Counted from the first letter of the whole stretch, positions 17,773 to 29,826 are shown. The stretch is DNA of 63,773 nucleotides, filler included, from Klebsormidium nitens (GCA_000708835.1; 8 parts of 8 records of this genome joined end to end with filler, not necessarily neighbours in it), one strand, 5' to 3'. Program-made: numbers and translations. Notes: a model not told the origin generated them from the letters alone.

Positions 17773-18991
17773 ATGTCCAGCCCTATCCCCTATCTCTAGC
17801 CCGATCGAGAGGTTGTACAAACTGTACGAAGCGGCAGAGTACCTCTATAATAAAGGCATAGGTCACGATCGGAGAGGCGATGAAGCTACGGCGCAAACAT
17901 ACTACGAACACGTATCAACTCTCGTAGACGAAGGATTGTTGCACGCCTCTGCATTGACAGCAATTCAGATGAGTCAAGTGCACTCGAAGATCGAAGATAT
18001 GAAAAGGTGGAAGGTATATCTGAAGAAGATATTGAGACGTTCCGATCCGACTCCGAAGGGCAACCTCGTACGCTTCGAAGAGCAGATCATAGGAGAGATC
18101 ATGCAAGCAAGAGATGATACCACGTTCAAGGATATCGGAGGTATGAAGCAAGTCAAGATCGCTCTCACCGAGATGGTCATATTGCCATCCGTTCGGAGCG
18201 ACATCTACACCGGGCTCAGGACTCCCCCGAGAGGCCTTCTCCTGTTTGGTCCCCCCGGTAACGGAAAGACGTACATCGCACGCGCCGTCGCGAACGAAGT
18301 CAAGGCGACCTTCTTCTCCATAAGTGCGACCTCGTTCGCGTCCTCTCTAGTAGGCGATGCGGAGAATCTCCTTCGAGCTCTGTTTACGGTGGCTCGGAAG
18401 AAACAACCTTCTCTCATATTGATAGACGAGATAGACAGCATCCTCACGAAGAGGTGCGAGAACGACCAGGAGTATACCCGCAAGCTGAAGACCGAGTTCT
18501 TCGTTCAATTCGACGGGGTGGCGACCGACAAGAGCGACAGGGTCACGGTCATCGCGGCTACGAACCTGCCGCAGGAGCTGGACGACGCAGCCGTGCGACG
18601 ATTCGAAAAGAGGATCTACGTCGGCTTGCCGGATCTCTCGACGAGAAGGCAATTACTGGAAAAGCATCTGCAGCCAAACATTCCGAATCCTAGATCACGT
18701 AAACTACCGAACGAGCTGAATTCCAATCAAGTGCATGACATCGCCGCCCTTACGAAATGCTACTCCGCGTCCGATCTGAATTCACTGTGCAAAGAGGCAG
18801 CTATGATCCCTCTGAGAAATCAGAGAGAACATATCCTCGATATCCCCGTAGAGAAGATAGAAGCAGTGACCTTCAAAGACTTCAGAGAGGCAGCAAAGGT
18901 CATCAAACCCAGCGTCAAGAGAGAGAGCCTGGCGGCTCTCGAGAAGTGGAACGCCGACTTTGGATCCTTTCCCAACAAGGAGCTGGACTGA
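17773..18991 (+). pseudogene. Spastin/Vps4-like MIT-AAA ATPase, intronless, frameshifted at the 5' end by a 7-bp duplication
   Basis: LRTPPRGLLLFGPPGNGKT (Walker A, spastin-like), IDEID (Walker B) and AATNLPQELDDAAVRRF; removing one CCCTATC copy (17781-17794) joins ATG 17773 to the ORF. Confidence 0.85.
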
Positions 18992-19056
18992 AACCTACTT
19001 TCATTGGAACATACTGAGAATCACAAAAATTTCTCACGTAAAATTACATACTCATA

Positions 19057-19677
19057 ATGGATGCTCGTAAGGCAGAGAAGAATAGGGCCGAACTCTTGAT
19101 TGCAAAGGAAATCGCCAGGAAGCAAGAAGCCGCCAGGCAACGGGAAAGGAACGAGGCTGCCCGTCGGATGACGGAGAGGCTCCATCAGGCTGCAGAAGCA
19201 AGACGCAGGCGGGCCGCGGAAGAGGCACGTGCCCAGGCAGAAGCTGAGAGAAGACGAGCCGAGGAGGAGTATGCAGAGAGCGTTAGACAGCGGGCCGAGG
19301 AGTTTGCACGTGCCTATGCAGAAAATGCTGAGCGACGACGACGGGCGGAGGAGGCCGCGCGTGCCCAGGCAGAAGCCGACCGACCGGTCCTCACCGCTTA
19401 GGATCGTCAATGGAAGGCGGAGTTTGACGAGTTGGTCAAAGAAGCTGTGCTAAAGGGCATCCGAAGGGGCTGGCATACTGCTAATGCAGAGATAGGACGT
19501 ACGGGAGTGTCTCCTATTATCCCACTCACTCGGTCGATCCTGAAGAAGCTGCTTCTTGTCTACCATCCAGACAAATCCAAGAACCGCATCGCATTGTACC
19601 CTCCTGGGATCACGGAAGGTAATGTGCTTAGCATATCAAAGGCATTGACGGCTCGCTTACAAAGACCAAATGCCTGA
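19057..19677 (+). pseudogene. Coiled-coil protein with a J-domain-like HPDK segment, split by one in-frame TAG (19399-19401)
   Basis: An A/E/R-rich coiled coil continues in frame past the stop into PLTRSILKKLLLVYHPDK. Confidence 0.65.
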
Positions 19678-19720
19678 ATTCCATAGACTCACATTTTCAT
19701 CTCCAATAGTATACGTCCAC

Positions 19721-20035
19721 ATGTCATCCAGAGGCCTACGGGAACTCATCGAAGCTCACCCGGACAGGGTGCCTCTCATGATCTCAGGAGACGCGATGGA
19801 ACACGAGAAGAAGCTGTTGGTCCCAAAGTCTACCACACCCAGCCAGCTTTTGCTCATACTCAGGAATCGACGTATGTTGAGACCCACGGAGAAACGAGAA
19901 GCACAGTTTCTGATGGTAGGTGGTATCCTGCCGAGCTCGCATCAGACGCTTGGAGAACTGCGAGCGGCAACTTGTGCTCCAGATGAGCCCCTCAAGGCGA
20001 CCGTATGCAGGGAGAGCACGTTCGGCGGGCCGTGA
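19721..20035 (+). CDS. ATG8: Divergent ATG8/LC3-like ubiquitin-fold protein
   Basis: HPDRVPLMI, KKLLVP, FLMVGGILPSS and C-terminal ESTFG-GP with the lipidation Gly; intronless. Confidence 0.75.
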   Translation: MSSRGLRELIEAHPDRVPLMISGDAMEHEKKLLVPKSTTPSQLLLILRNRRMLRPTEKREAQFLMVGGILPSSHQTLGELRAATCAPDEPLKATVCRESTFGGP

Positions 20036-20430
20036 TCATGCTGGGGTGAACATGAGGATCTTCGGTTTGCAATCATCGTTCCTGGTCACGAGCATCTTGA
20101 ACGCCTTCTGACCGTATTGATCCACTCCGTATTCCACGCCGATCGGCTTCTGCTTCGCCGCGTCCAAGAAGGTGTATGTTATGATCTTACCAAAGTTCTT
20201 TGGCGTACTCCAGCCAGCACCCACCAGCACCTTCTCCGCGAGACCGTCCGGCAGATCCCATTGCTGGAGCTTACCCACCGAGATCGTCGTATCTGGTAAG
20301 CTTGTCATATAGCGTTTCCGTATGTAGTCATCGATCGCACTCCTGGCGGGCTCATTGAAACCCGGCTCCACAGACCAAGTGTCGCAGCGTGGAAGTACGG
20401 GTTGTGAAGCAGAAGCTTGGCTGGTTGTAA
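20036..20430 (-). CDS. Hypothetical protein, 5' end in a gap
   Basis: Reading frame is open from the gap edge to the stop; no recognised domain. Confidence 0.45.
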
Positions 20431-20535
20431 NNNNNNNNNNNNNNNNNNNNNNNNNNNNNNNNNNNNNNNNNNNNTTAATTAATTAANNNNNNNNNNNNNN
20501 NNNNNNNNNNNNNNNNNNNNNNNNNNNNNNAACTG

Positions 20536-23500
20536 TCAATCGGTAAAGAAGGCCAACTGGAAGCACTGGATGCGCTGCCTATCAAGAACTGAAGGCTGTG
20601 CATGTCCATCGTGCTGCCGAGAATTCGGCGGCGGTCCGCCTCTTAGATTGAGGGGCACACTTTGGTAGTTCCGTCCATGAACCCCATAGCGCGCTCTCTT
20701 TTCAGGGCCGTAGGTTCGTCCCAGAACCCGGTTGCATGCTGGATCATGCTCTGCTGTCCCGGCTGGTAGGCTTAAAAGCCTCGAACCGTCACGAACGTGG
20801 ACAGAGCGCAAAGCGGCTCGCCACGCACATTGACTGAGTGCCGGCCAGGTGCGTGGGCATGTGAGGCGTTGTGAGCACGGTGCCCTGGTTCCAGAATCTT
20901 TTTGGACGGTCTGGTCGGGGTTTTTGTGCTTGAACTTCTTCTCGACCATCTCAAGCATCAAGGTGCTTGGAGCGAGATTGGTCCACCAGCGGCGCTGGCG
21001 GTGGGCGTAGGAGCCGACGGCGATTGCGTCAAACGCAAAGCCGTGTCCAAGCAATCCCTTCACAACGTTGTTGGATTCCCCGCGAACCTCAGGCTGAGGG
21101 TGATCGCTGGGGTCAACGTTCTCGAAAAGATAGCCGACCTGACCTGGCCAAATGCCGTTGATCAGATGCACAATTCGGACTGCCTCCGGGAGGAGTCATG
21201 TGCGCGAGTCGCGCAAGCCTAGGGCGAAGTCCGTGGCGCGCGAGAAACCTTGGCAGGGGAATCCGGCTACCACCAGGTCAGGACGCTCGAGCGCGGCTAC
21301 CTGACCACGGGTGATTTTGCGAACATCGTTGCCTAGTGGTTCATGGCATTCCTTGATGGCCTCCACGCTCAGAAGCTGAGGGAACAGCGCATGAAGGACG
21401 GCCAGACGTCGAGTCGCAATCTTGCGAGTCTTGTCATCTAACTCACAGGCGTAAACCTTTCGGATAGTGACGCCTTGTCGAAGCAGAGCTTCGGTTGTGG
21501 CCATGAGGCCAGAAAAGAGCTCAACGACCACCATGCCAGGATCTGGGGTGGCTAGAGCCTCTTTCTTGTCAACCAAGACTGTGGCCAACGGTCGCAAGTG
21601 CCGGTACTCAGGGTCCCGGATCACAGGCGGCGGCCGGTCTGGCGTGGCCAGTGACCGAATGCTGCGGTCGAAGATTTCGGTCATCTCCGGCAGCGCACGT
21701 CGCTGGAACTAACCCAGCTTACATTTGGCGTCGGCGATGGCCTGAGCGTTGCTTGGGCTCTTTATCATGGGTGGGACGGCGCCTGTATAAGCGTTCAAAG
21801 CCTGGTACCCGCGTAGCGGCGGCTTGAAGTAGTCGATGGGATATGGCAGCGCAGAAAGCACTTGCGAGCCGCCTGTCCCCTCTCCACATAATACTTTGCC
21901 CGTTTCCTCCGCATATCCGGAGTCAACTCGGCGGGTCCCATGACGCTCATGCCGATAACAGTATCGGGCACGTTCTGATTCACAATGACCACATGGGCCA
22001 TGATGATGAGCTCGTCAGGAGTATCCGGGTTAAGCACAAAGCTAACCGGTTCCTTGGTTTGGTCTAACCGTTCGGTCAGAGCCCCGGTGCAAGTGCGAAA
22101 GACAATGGCATTGCGATCGATCATGTCAGGGGTGATCCCCATGGCAGCAGCGCTTGAGCGGCCAGTGATGGCGGCTTCGGCTCCGCCGTCTAGTAGCAGG
22201 TTGTGTACGACGCGGCCGTTGATCAACATGGCGGGTTTCGAACCCCTGTTGTCAATGCGCGGCGAGCGGTGGAAACCGGCGCGTCGGTCACTGTGGTAAG
22301 TACCGGGCAGGTGGCTCAGAAGCGCACCTAAGTTGGGGATCTCTGGATCATAAAGATCCTCAGAGGCTTTGAGTCCTCGAAGTGGTTTCCCCCTTTTGAA
22401 CGGCACGTTGTGCTCAGCGTTGTGGTTGTCCGCAATCTGAGGCACACTGGGCGCGTATATCATGCCCTGACGCTGAGGTGCGTCGGCTGGCAACTCTTCG
22501 AACCCTGCCGGCACCATCAAGTGAAGTGTCGGTGGGTTGCAGAGAGGTTGGTGCGTCCGCTTGGGCTGGTACAGCCTCAATTTGGACGGCCTCTGGCCCT
22601 ACGGCAAGTGCCGGTGCGGGCGCACTGTGAATAGGCTCCAAGGGAGCGGCCGTAGTGCGCGCGGCCTCAAGGACCGGCTCCACGTTCGTTGGCATAGTCA
22701 GCATTGCTGGCGGCGGGCGAACCGGCGCGTCCAGAAAGTCTTTAGGAAGGAAGCTGAGCGGCATAAGGGACAACGGTCCGCGCAGCCTCTCATCCTTTGT
22801 CACGGTCCGTCTAGTGAGACCAGTGTGAACGGGCGCCACGTTGCCGGCTGGCACGTACGCACACCGTTTGGCTACCAGCGTGGAGTCAATCCGAGCACTG
22901 TACCCGTTCGGGTTGTTGTGATGAGCGTCCCAGAGCGCCTGAAGCTGTGCAAGCGAAGGCTGAGACTCATCTGAGTTGTGATAGGCCGCGGCGGCTCGCG
23001 CGGCGGCTCGTGCAGAGGCACTCTGAGCGCGCGGCGTCTTGCCGGCCTGGAGCGCCTTGCATTCGGCAGTGTCGTGGGAGTCCGTCTTATGGAACGTACA
23101 CCATTTCTTGGAGGTGCCTGACTTGGCCAGCTCAGCGCGCTTGCGAGCGCACTTGTTGGCATAGTGATCTGGCTCTCCGCAATGATAGCATATGGGCTCC
23201 GAGTGAGCCGAGGGTTTAGGCTGGAATCTGGCAGAGCCCCCCTTAACCACAGCAGGTGACCGGCAGTCCCTTGCAATGTGCCCGTACTTGAGGCACTTGT
23301 GACACTGAAGTGTCTGTTGCTTCCGGCTCGGTCCATGACTCGAGGGCGCGGCAAGCACAGTGGGTGCGCGAACCATGGAGCGCGGCGGGGCCGCGGCGTG
23401 CATGGTCGCCGACCATAAGTTGGCTTGGGTCGTAGCTTGATCAATCTTGATAGCTACCTGTCCCACGAGCTCAACCGTCCAGTTCGAAGTCTCCAAGCTA

Positions 23501-23913
23501 GTTGTCAGTAACTGGCGATGGACTTCCTTTCCCAGCTCAGTCGGCCTGATCGTGGCTATGAGCTTGAACACGGCCATCTTTTCGGGCCGGTCGAGGGCGT
23601 GCATGAGCGTTTGCATACGCTGCACCAGACTAGCAACCGTCTCGGTAGGTCGCATAGCAAAATCCCGGAATTATTCCATCCGAGTGGTCGACTTCTCTGG
23701 ATATAGTTTCTCCATCATAGTCCAAAACTGCTCAACGGGTTTGTCATAAACCTCCTCATCCACATGCACTGCGGGTGCCTGCGGCTCAGTCGCGGCGGCT
23801 TTTTCGTCAGCCGGCAAGGCGTCATAGTCGGCCTTGGCTTTATCATGTGCGGCGCGGTCGCGGATGTACTGCTCCGACTTGGCAGCATTCCGAGCGCGAA
23901 GTTCGTTTCTCAT
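20536..23913 (-). mobile_element. Degenerate retrotransposon polyprotein: Gag (zinc knuckles) - aspartic protease - C5 cytosine methyltransferase
   Basis: CHKCLKYGHIARDC and CYHCGEPDHYANKC knuckles; LLLDGGAE protease motif; ELFSG, AGFPCQ, FENV, HRQRRWWTN and RERAMGF MTase motifs; several in-frame stops and frameshifts. Confidence 0.85.
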
Positions 23914-25600
23914 GCGGCGCTCGAGGTCGGCAGCCTAATCGCGTGCCCCCCCGGCCAAATACTTCATGAGGAAGTTGAACATGTCATTCTCATTCAAAAC
24001 CACGGTTGGTTTCAACTTAAGCTCCGACTTAAGTGTGTTGTAATTCTGGCGCAAGTGCAATATGCTTCGCCGCGTTCGGGTCACCCGTAAAGAGTCCCGT
24101 TCCATGCTACATAGTTAGGATCGACATGCTGTCGGAATCGTCTAACTCAAAACACACAACGGCGGAAGGTGTTCGAATTGCAGCATACTCAGTTTGCGTC
24201 TCTTGATGTGCATGCACAGTCGATTGTGATGACAAATGAGGCGAAGCGTTACTTGATTCGGCAAGACTTCGACTCTCTTCAATTGCTTGAATAAGGTCAA
24301 TGTCTTCGTCTCAACTTCGCTCACAATTTCTCTATGTGGAAAGCTGAATCCAGAGCGAAGTCTACTCTGCCACAAAAGAGCAGTACAACTCCTCTCTCTA
24401 AGAACTACCACTTCAATGGTATCCTTATACTCGTCTATCTCCTTGGGTTCCTTGGATTGAAGTCACGGCTGCGACCGTTCTTCCCCCCCGCACGTCCAAA
24501 GCCACGGCCCCCGCGGTTCTGGGCGTGAAAACTTGCGCAAGGGATGAGGCGCGTCAGTCCTGATGCTTAGGACACGTGTCAAGTCGTTGGCACGGTTTAG
24601 AATCGTACAGGGTTCTCCTCGGGGGCACCCTGCAGAAATACAAGTGTGGAGACACTTGCAAGACCAGTCGCTGTGAGAGCACTAGCCAATCTTAACCAAA
24701 TCCGTCTACAAAGTTCCTGGAACTTTGCAAGTACAAAGGCCCCCTTAAGGCAGCCTTGCAGTGTCAAAAAGAAAGTAGCACAACCCCTCTGACGGGCCAG
24801 GCTGTCACAACTCGTAGCACAGCGCCTCTACTAAGGGCCTGACTTTCCCACTTGTCACCAAAACTACAAGTGTCTGACACACTTCAACAATTACCACTGT
24901 ACGAGTGAGTAATGCTGTCTAGACGGCGGCCGTCGCTGAAAGGACTCAACGACCCGTCCTAACAAACAATGATGGTCTAGAACAAACTTCCTGAGGAGGC
25001 TCCACACTCGGTGAGGCCTCCCAAGGCAAGAATAGTCACCCAGACCCCTGCAAACGAGCGGGCTATCGCGCTATATAGAAAGACAAGAAGCATGCCCCGC
25101 GAAAGGCCTACAGCGAACCAAGCACCCTTAGCACCGAGAGCGGCGCATGGTACCTAGTCTGCGAATTTGCAATGGGCCCGTTGCCAACACACAAAAACTC
25201 AGGCGCAAGCAAGCAAGTCACTCGTCAGCAAGCATGCCTCCCGGCAGTTGCATGTCTAGGCGATGTCCTACTCGAAGCTCAAGAGCACTGACGTCACTGT
25301 AACACGATCGCAAGCGAGCAGGAATGAAGCAGAAAGAGAGATATGGTGCAAGAGAGAGACAAAGCAAGCAGGACTGAGTCAACACCGAGAGTGGTGCTGA
25401 CCTGGAAACGGCGCGGGGGCTGTAGGAGTCGATGGCGCGCCCAGGGAGTAGCCCAGAGCCAGCAGATGCTGGAGACTGGCGATGATAGCTCCCGGGTCNN
25501 NNNNNNNNNNNNNNNNNNNNNNNNNNNNNNNNNNNNNNNNNNTTAATTAATTAANNNNNNNNNNNNNNNNNNNNNNNNNNNNNNNNNNNNNNNNNNNNTG

Positions 25601-26391
25601 TACGTGCGCAGGACCCTGGCGGGCGAGTTCGTGGTCACAAACTCTCACCTCATGGCCGATTTGGTCCGGCTGGGGCTCTGGAACGAGTCGCTGAAGGAGC
25701 AGATCATGGCCAACCGGGGGTCCATCCAGGCTATCCCTGAGATCCCGGACGACCTCAAGGAGCTGTACCGCACGGTGTGGGAGATCAAGCAGAAGGTCGT
25801 GATCGATTTCGCAGCCGATCGCGGGATCTTCATCGATCAGTCCCAGAGCTTGAATTTGTTCATGGCCAAGCCGACGCCTGCAAGCCTCTCCTCGGCGCTA
25901 GTCTACGGCCACAAGCTGGGCCTCAAGACAGGTGAACACGCATGGAGCGCAAACACGGAGGTTTCAGAGCTCTCCCCTGGGAGGAAATATTGGTGTTTCA
26001 AATTCTCAAATACTTTTGAAAGTTCCGCTCCATCTGCGCACGCGTGGGACGTGCAGTTGTTCACAACATCTTTTGTATTGTGTGAGGGATGTGCTGCGCG
26101 CATTGCGCGCAAACACGGAGGTTTCAGAGCTCTCCCCTAGGAGGAAATATCGGTGTTTCAAATTCTCAAATACTTTTGAAAGTTCCGCTCCATCTGCGCA
26201 CGCGTGTGACGGCCTGCTAACTACAACGTCATTGTATTGTGCAAGGGATGTACTACTTGAGAACCCTGCCATCCACTACACCGACGGCGGTCACGGTTCC
26301 TGTTAAGAGGGCGAGAAAGGAGAAAGTAGTCGAAAAGCAAGACAAAAGTGCTGTCTGTACAGATGAGGTCTGTGTGAGCTGCTCCGCTTGA
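25601..26391 (+). CDS. RNR1: Ribonucleotide reductase large subunit (R1), 3' part, with a 314-bp GT-AG intron (25932-26245)
   Basis: [29 protein letters not shown] and GLKTG|MYYLRT after splicing; short viral-style tail [11 protein letters not shown]. Confidence 0.9.
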
Positions 26392-26577
26392 GGGGTTGGT
26401 GGAGTAGAAAGTGGCTCCAGTATAAGCTGATACAAACCAAACTTGTTGCATAACGAGCACGTATTTCGTTTCCGTTCGGTTGGTAAATGTTGCCAGACGC
26501 TACTGCTTTGGAGATACCGAGCGCTGACGGTGCGGCATCTGCATAGAGGTTGCTACATTGCTGAGTGAACTACGTTG

Positions 26578-27186
26578 TCATCTTGCTTCTTTGATCAAGT
26601 GTAAGTGAATCCTATTGATCACATCCAGAATGTCAAAGTCTTTAACATCAGGATTGAATCTTATCCAACTGCATCCAAGCGTGCGGTTTATGAAAGCCGT
26701 TCGTTCTGCATCGCGTGTCTTGTTGTATCCCTTGTGGTCCTTCTCGTCGCATTCAATTGTCAGATTGTATGCCACGAAGTAGAAGTCAAGATAGTAGTTG
26801 CCAACAGCATACTGTCTGCTAATTGTATGCCCCTTGAAGGCTTTGAAGAAGCAGCGTGCTGCATGCATTTCATGATAGTACGCCTTGAACCTTGGGTCTA
26901 TTGGAATCCCCAAGGATCTGGCCACATCGATACTGTTCGGCAACCTTGAACGACATACGAGAAAATTTGCTCCTTCAGCTGTCGTGTATCGTGCACGAAG
27001 GTCGTTACCATTTCCTTTGGATCCAATGTTGACAGCCTTGATTAGCAAATCTGCAGGGATATGGGTGCTTGCCGCCTTCTTAAAGTTGGTGTATCCAAGA
27101 CAACGTGCCAGATCATTTGCCTTGTAGTAAGTGACCCCTTGGAACTCCAGTTGAGCAACGGTCAAGAAGCTCTCTTTCGAAGCCAT
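26578..27186 (-). CDS. BRO-N-like DNA-binding domain fused to a DUF559/PD-(D/E)XK-type endonuclease
   Basis: YYKANDLARCLGY...H N-terminal motif; YYLDFYF, IECDEKDH and WIRFNPD C-terminal motifs common in NCLDVs. Confidence 0.75.
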   Translation of the reverse strand: MASKESFLTVAQLEFQGVTYYKANDLARCLGYTNFKKAASTHIPADLLIKAVNIGSKGNGNDLRARYTTAEGANFLVCRSRLPNSIDVARSLGIPIDPRFKAYYHEMHAARCFFKAFKGHTISRQYAVGNYYLDFYFVAYNLTIECDEKDHKGYNKTRDAERTAFINRTLGCSWIRFNPDVKDFDILDVINRIHLHLIKEAR

Positions 27187-27479
27187 TTGCCCTGTTGTAC
27201 GAGAGGTGTAGTCCCTAAGCTTCTGCACGAAGGAATCCCCATCAATTGTACGCTAAGCGGATATATGCATGGCGTGCAACTCTCTAAAGTATTGCAGAGA
27301 CTGAAACACCGGTAGTCCTGCCACTTTTGCACGCTATCTCCTTCCCTGGTTCGAGAGCCCAGCCAGTGATGAGAGAAGTAATAAGAGAAGTGAAGGAGCG
27401 CATTGTGCTGCTTTGCATAGCAGCAATCAAAGGCTTCGTTGCTTAGGGCGACGCTTCACCATGATATTGCATAAGAAGC

Positions 27480-29166
27480 ATGGAGGAGAAGAGAGAGGCC
27501 ATCGTGCTGCTGCCGTCACAGCAGCCTCACGTGGCAAAGCTCTGGAATATCCTACGGCGTCATGCATTCGCTCTAGACTTTTCATCCTTGGGTTCGGGGA
27601 AGACATTCTCGAGCAGCAAGATCGCCCTTGAGCTCGAGATGCCCCACGTGGTCGTGATCTGCCCCGTTTCTGTCCAGCCAAAGTGGCAGGAGATGCACGA
27701 GAAGTATGGGGTGCCAATCAAGCACAACCTGAGCTACTGTGGGATCCGTTCGATGAAGGGGAAGCAGCCGAAGCACGGGCTTCTGACCCGAAGGGACTAC
27801 ACTGTGGCCGTCCCTCAGCCTCGCGGGGAGCCTCGGCGCGTGGAGAAGACCGACTTTGGGATCACCAACGCCTTCAGGTCGCTCCTGGCAGAGGGCGTTC
27901 TCCTGATTGCGGACGAGATGCAGCACCTCAAGAACGTGTCCTCGCAATTTGCCGCCTGCCAGACACTGATAAAGGCGATTAAGGAGTCGTGCGAGGCCGG
28001 GGGCCGGTCGAGAGTGCTTATGCTGTCGGGGAGCCCGATCGACAAGCAGGAGCAAGCCGTCACCCTGTTCCGTTCCCTGAACGTCATGCACCATGCGGAG
28101 CTGTGCAAGTTCAATCCGGGGCTCAGGCAGATGGAGCTGCGTGGCATCTCGGACATCATCGAGTTCTGCCGGAGCGTCGACCCCGTTGCCACCGATCGGA
28201 TCCTCGCAGCAAAACGCTACTGGATGTGCTCAGAGTCCGTGATGCGTCCCATGTGCTACACCCTGTTCCAGGAAGTCGTCAAGCCGCACTTTTCCAGCGC
28301 GATGCCGCCCCCTGCCCCCGGCTGCACCCTGCACAAGACGAACGCTTTCTACCGGATTGACCACGAGGAGGATCGCAGGANNNNNNNNNNNNNNNNNNNN
28401 GGACATGGGCCGCGGGATCGAATCTTTGCGCGCCATGTGCGCTGCTCTGGTGAAGATCGAGAGTGCAAAGGTTCAGACTTTTGCGCGCGTGGCCCTCAAG
28501 GCGCTGAAGTCCAACCCGCAGAAGAAGCTTGTCATCTGCGTTAACTACAACGACTCTCTACACAGACTGCGGGACCTGCTAAGTTGCTACTCGCCGTTGG
28601 TGCTGAACGGGACGGTGCAGAAGGAAGAGCGCAAGCACGTAATCGACAAGTTTCAGGCTCCGAGCGACGAGCACAGGGTGCTCCTGGGGAACGTAGCCGT
28701 CTGCTCAACGGGGATAGATCTCGATGATAAGTTTGGGGGCTGGCCCCGGCTCGCGTTGATCAGCCCGAATTATCACACACTCAATCTCTACCAGCTGGGG
28801 CACCGTTTTCAGCGCATGGACACCAAGTCATCGGCTACTGTGCATATGGTTTTTGCACAGCACGCCCACGAGCTGCCGATCCTCGACGCACTCTCCCGGA
28901 AGGGCGGCGTAATGCGAGAGACGACGCCTGAGCAGGTGGCTGCGGGCATCCTCTTTCCCGGCAGCTTTCCCAGCTGGGTGGAGGAGGATCTCGAGACCTC
29001 GCTGAAGAGGGCGGGCCTCGAGGGCCTGAAGCGCAACGCCGAGGAGCGCAAGTGGGCACGGCAAGTCGTTGGCGCAGCCGTTTTGGAATGGGGGCTTCGA
29101 CCGGGAGGGGTCTTGTACAAGATGGCGATGCAGCGATTTGCAGAGAGTGCAAGAAGCACGTTATGA
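27480..29166 (+). CDS. Superfamily II (SNF2-like) helicase; a small N gap at 28381-28400 causes an apparent frame change
   Basis: LGSGKT, ICP, IADEMQH, LSGSP, LNG, STGIDL and HRFQR helicase motifs. Confidence 0.85.
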
Positions 29167-29646
29167 TTACTGGTACAAACATTGAAATCCGGACGTGCTT
29201 GGCAGGCACAACATCCTGCGGGGTGTGAACAGCATTGCATCTTTGTCCAGGAAATTCGCCGTTGCCTGCTTCTTAGGGTCCGCCTTCTCGACCTTGAAGA
29301 CCTTCTTCACATCTGCAACACTGGTTTTGATGGCCGCTTTAGCTACCTTTTTCACAACCTGAATTGGTTTAGCTTTTGGAGCATCCGCCTCTGCAACAAC
29401 TGGAGCAGCGGGCAGAGAGCTTTTCTCCTTTGGTGGCTTGCGCGTGTCTGGCTCGGTTGTTAAGGGCTGCACCTCATTGCCAGGTTCCTGCTCGTCTTCT
29501 TCGTTCCCATCATCATCGTCCTCTCCATCAAAATCATCATCATTTGCATCCTCTGCATCCTCGAATCTTTCTGGCATGTGTGCCGAACAGAGAAGCAGGA
29601 TGCAGAATAGAAGCACTCCTATCACAATCAGCCATTGGGTGTCCAT
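29167..29646 (-). CDS. Membrane-anchored acidic/Lys-rich protein (NCLDV virion-protein-like)
   Basis: N-terminal TM helix followed by an ERF motif, a D/E tract and a K/A-rich region. Confidence 0.65.
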   Translation of the reverse strand: MDTQWLIVIGVLLFCILLLCSAHMPERFEDAEDANDDDFDGEDDDDGNEEDEQEPGNEVQPLTTEPDTRKPPKEKSSLPAAPVVAEADAPKAKPIQVVKKVAKAAIKTSVADVKKVFKVEKADPKKQATANFLDKDAMLFTPRRMLCLPSTSGFQCLYQ

Positions 29647-29826
29647 GACTTAGCCGCAGAAATTCATTGCACATATGCAGGCTTGTGAGTGAGATTGCAT
29701 CATGGGTCCACGGTCACGCTATTGCAAATGCATTTGTCAAAGTGGTGGACCTGAAGGAGGTCCATGTGCAAAGCTCTTGCAAGGCTTAGGGACATGTGTA
29801 ACCTGACAAAGGCATCTATTCGCGAG

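Noticed and set aside
24090-24125. LTR end and PBS (GCA-TGGAACGGGAC, minus strand) for the MTase retroelement
   Set aside because: Could not match it to a tRNA 3' end, and no second LTR is visible
25932-26245. Intein or group I intron in RNR1
   Set aside because: 314 nt is not a multiple of three and there are no intein C/S...HN ends or nuclease ORF; GT-AG ends plus a CTAAC branch site indicate a spliceosomal intron
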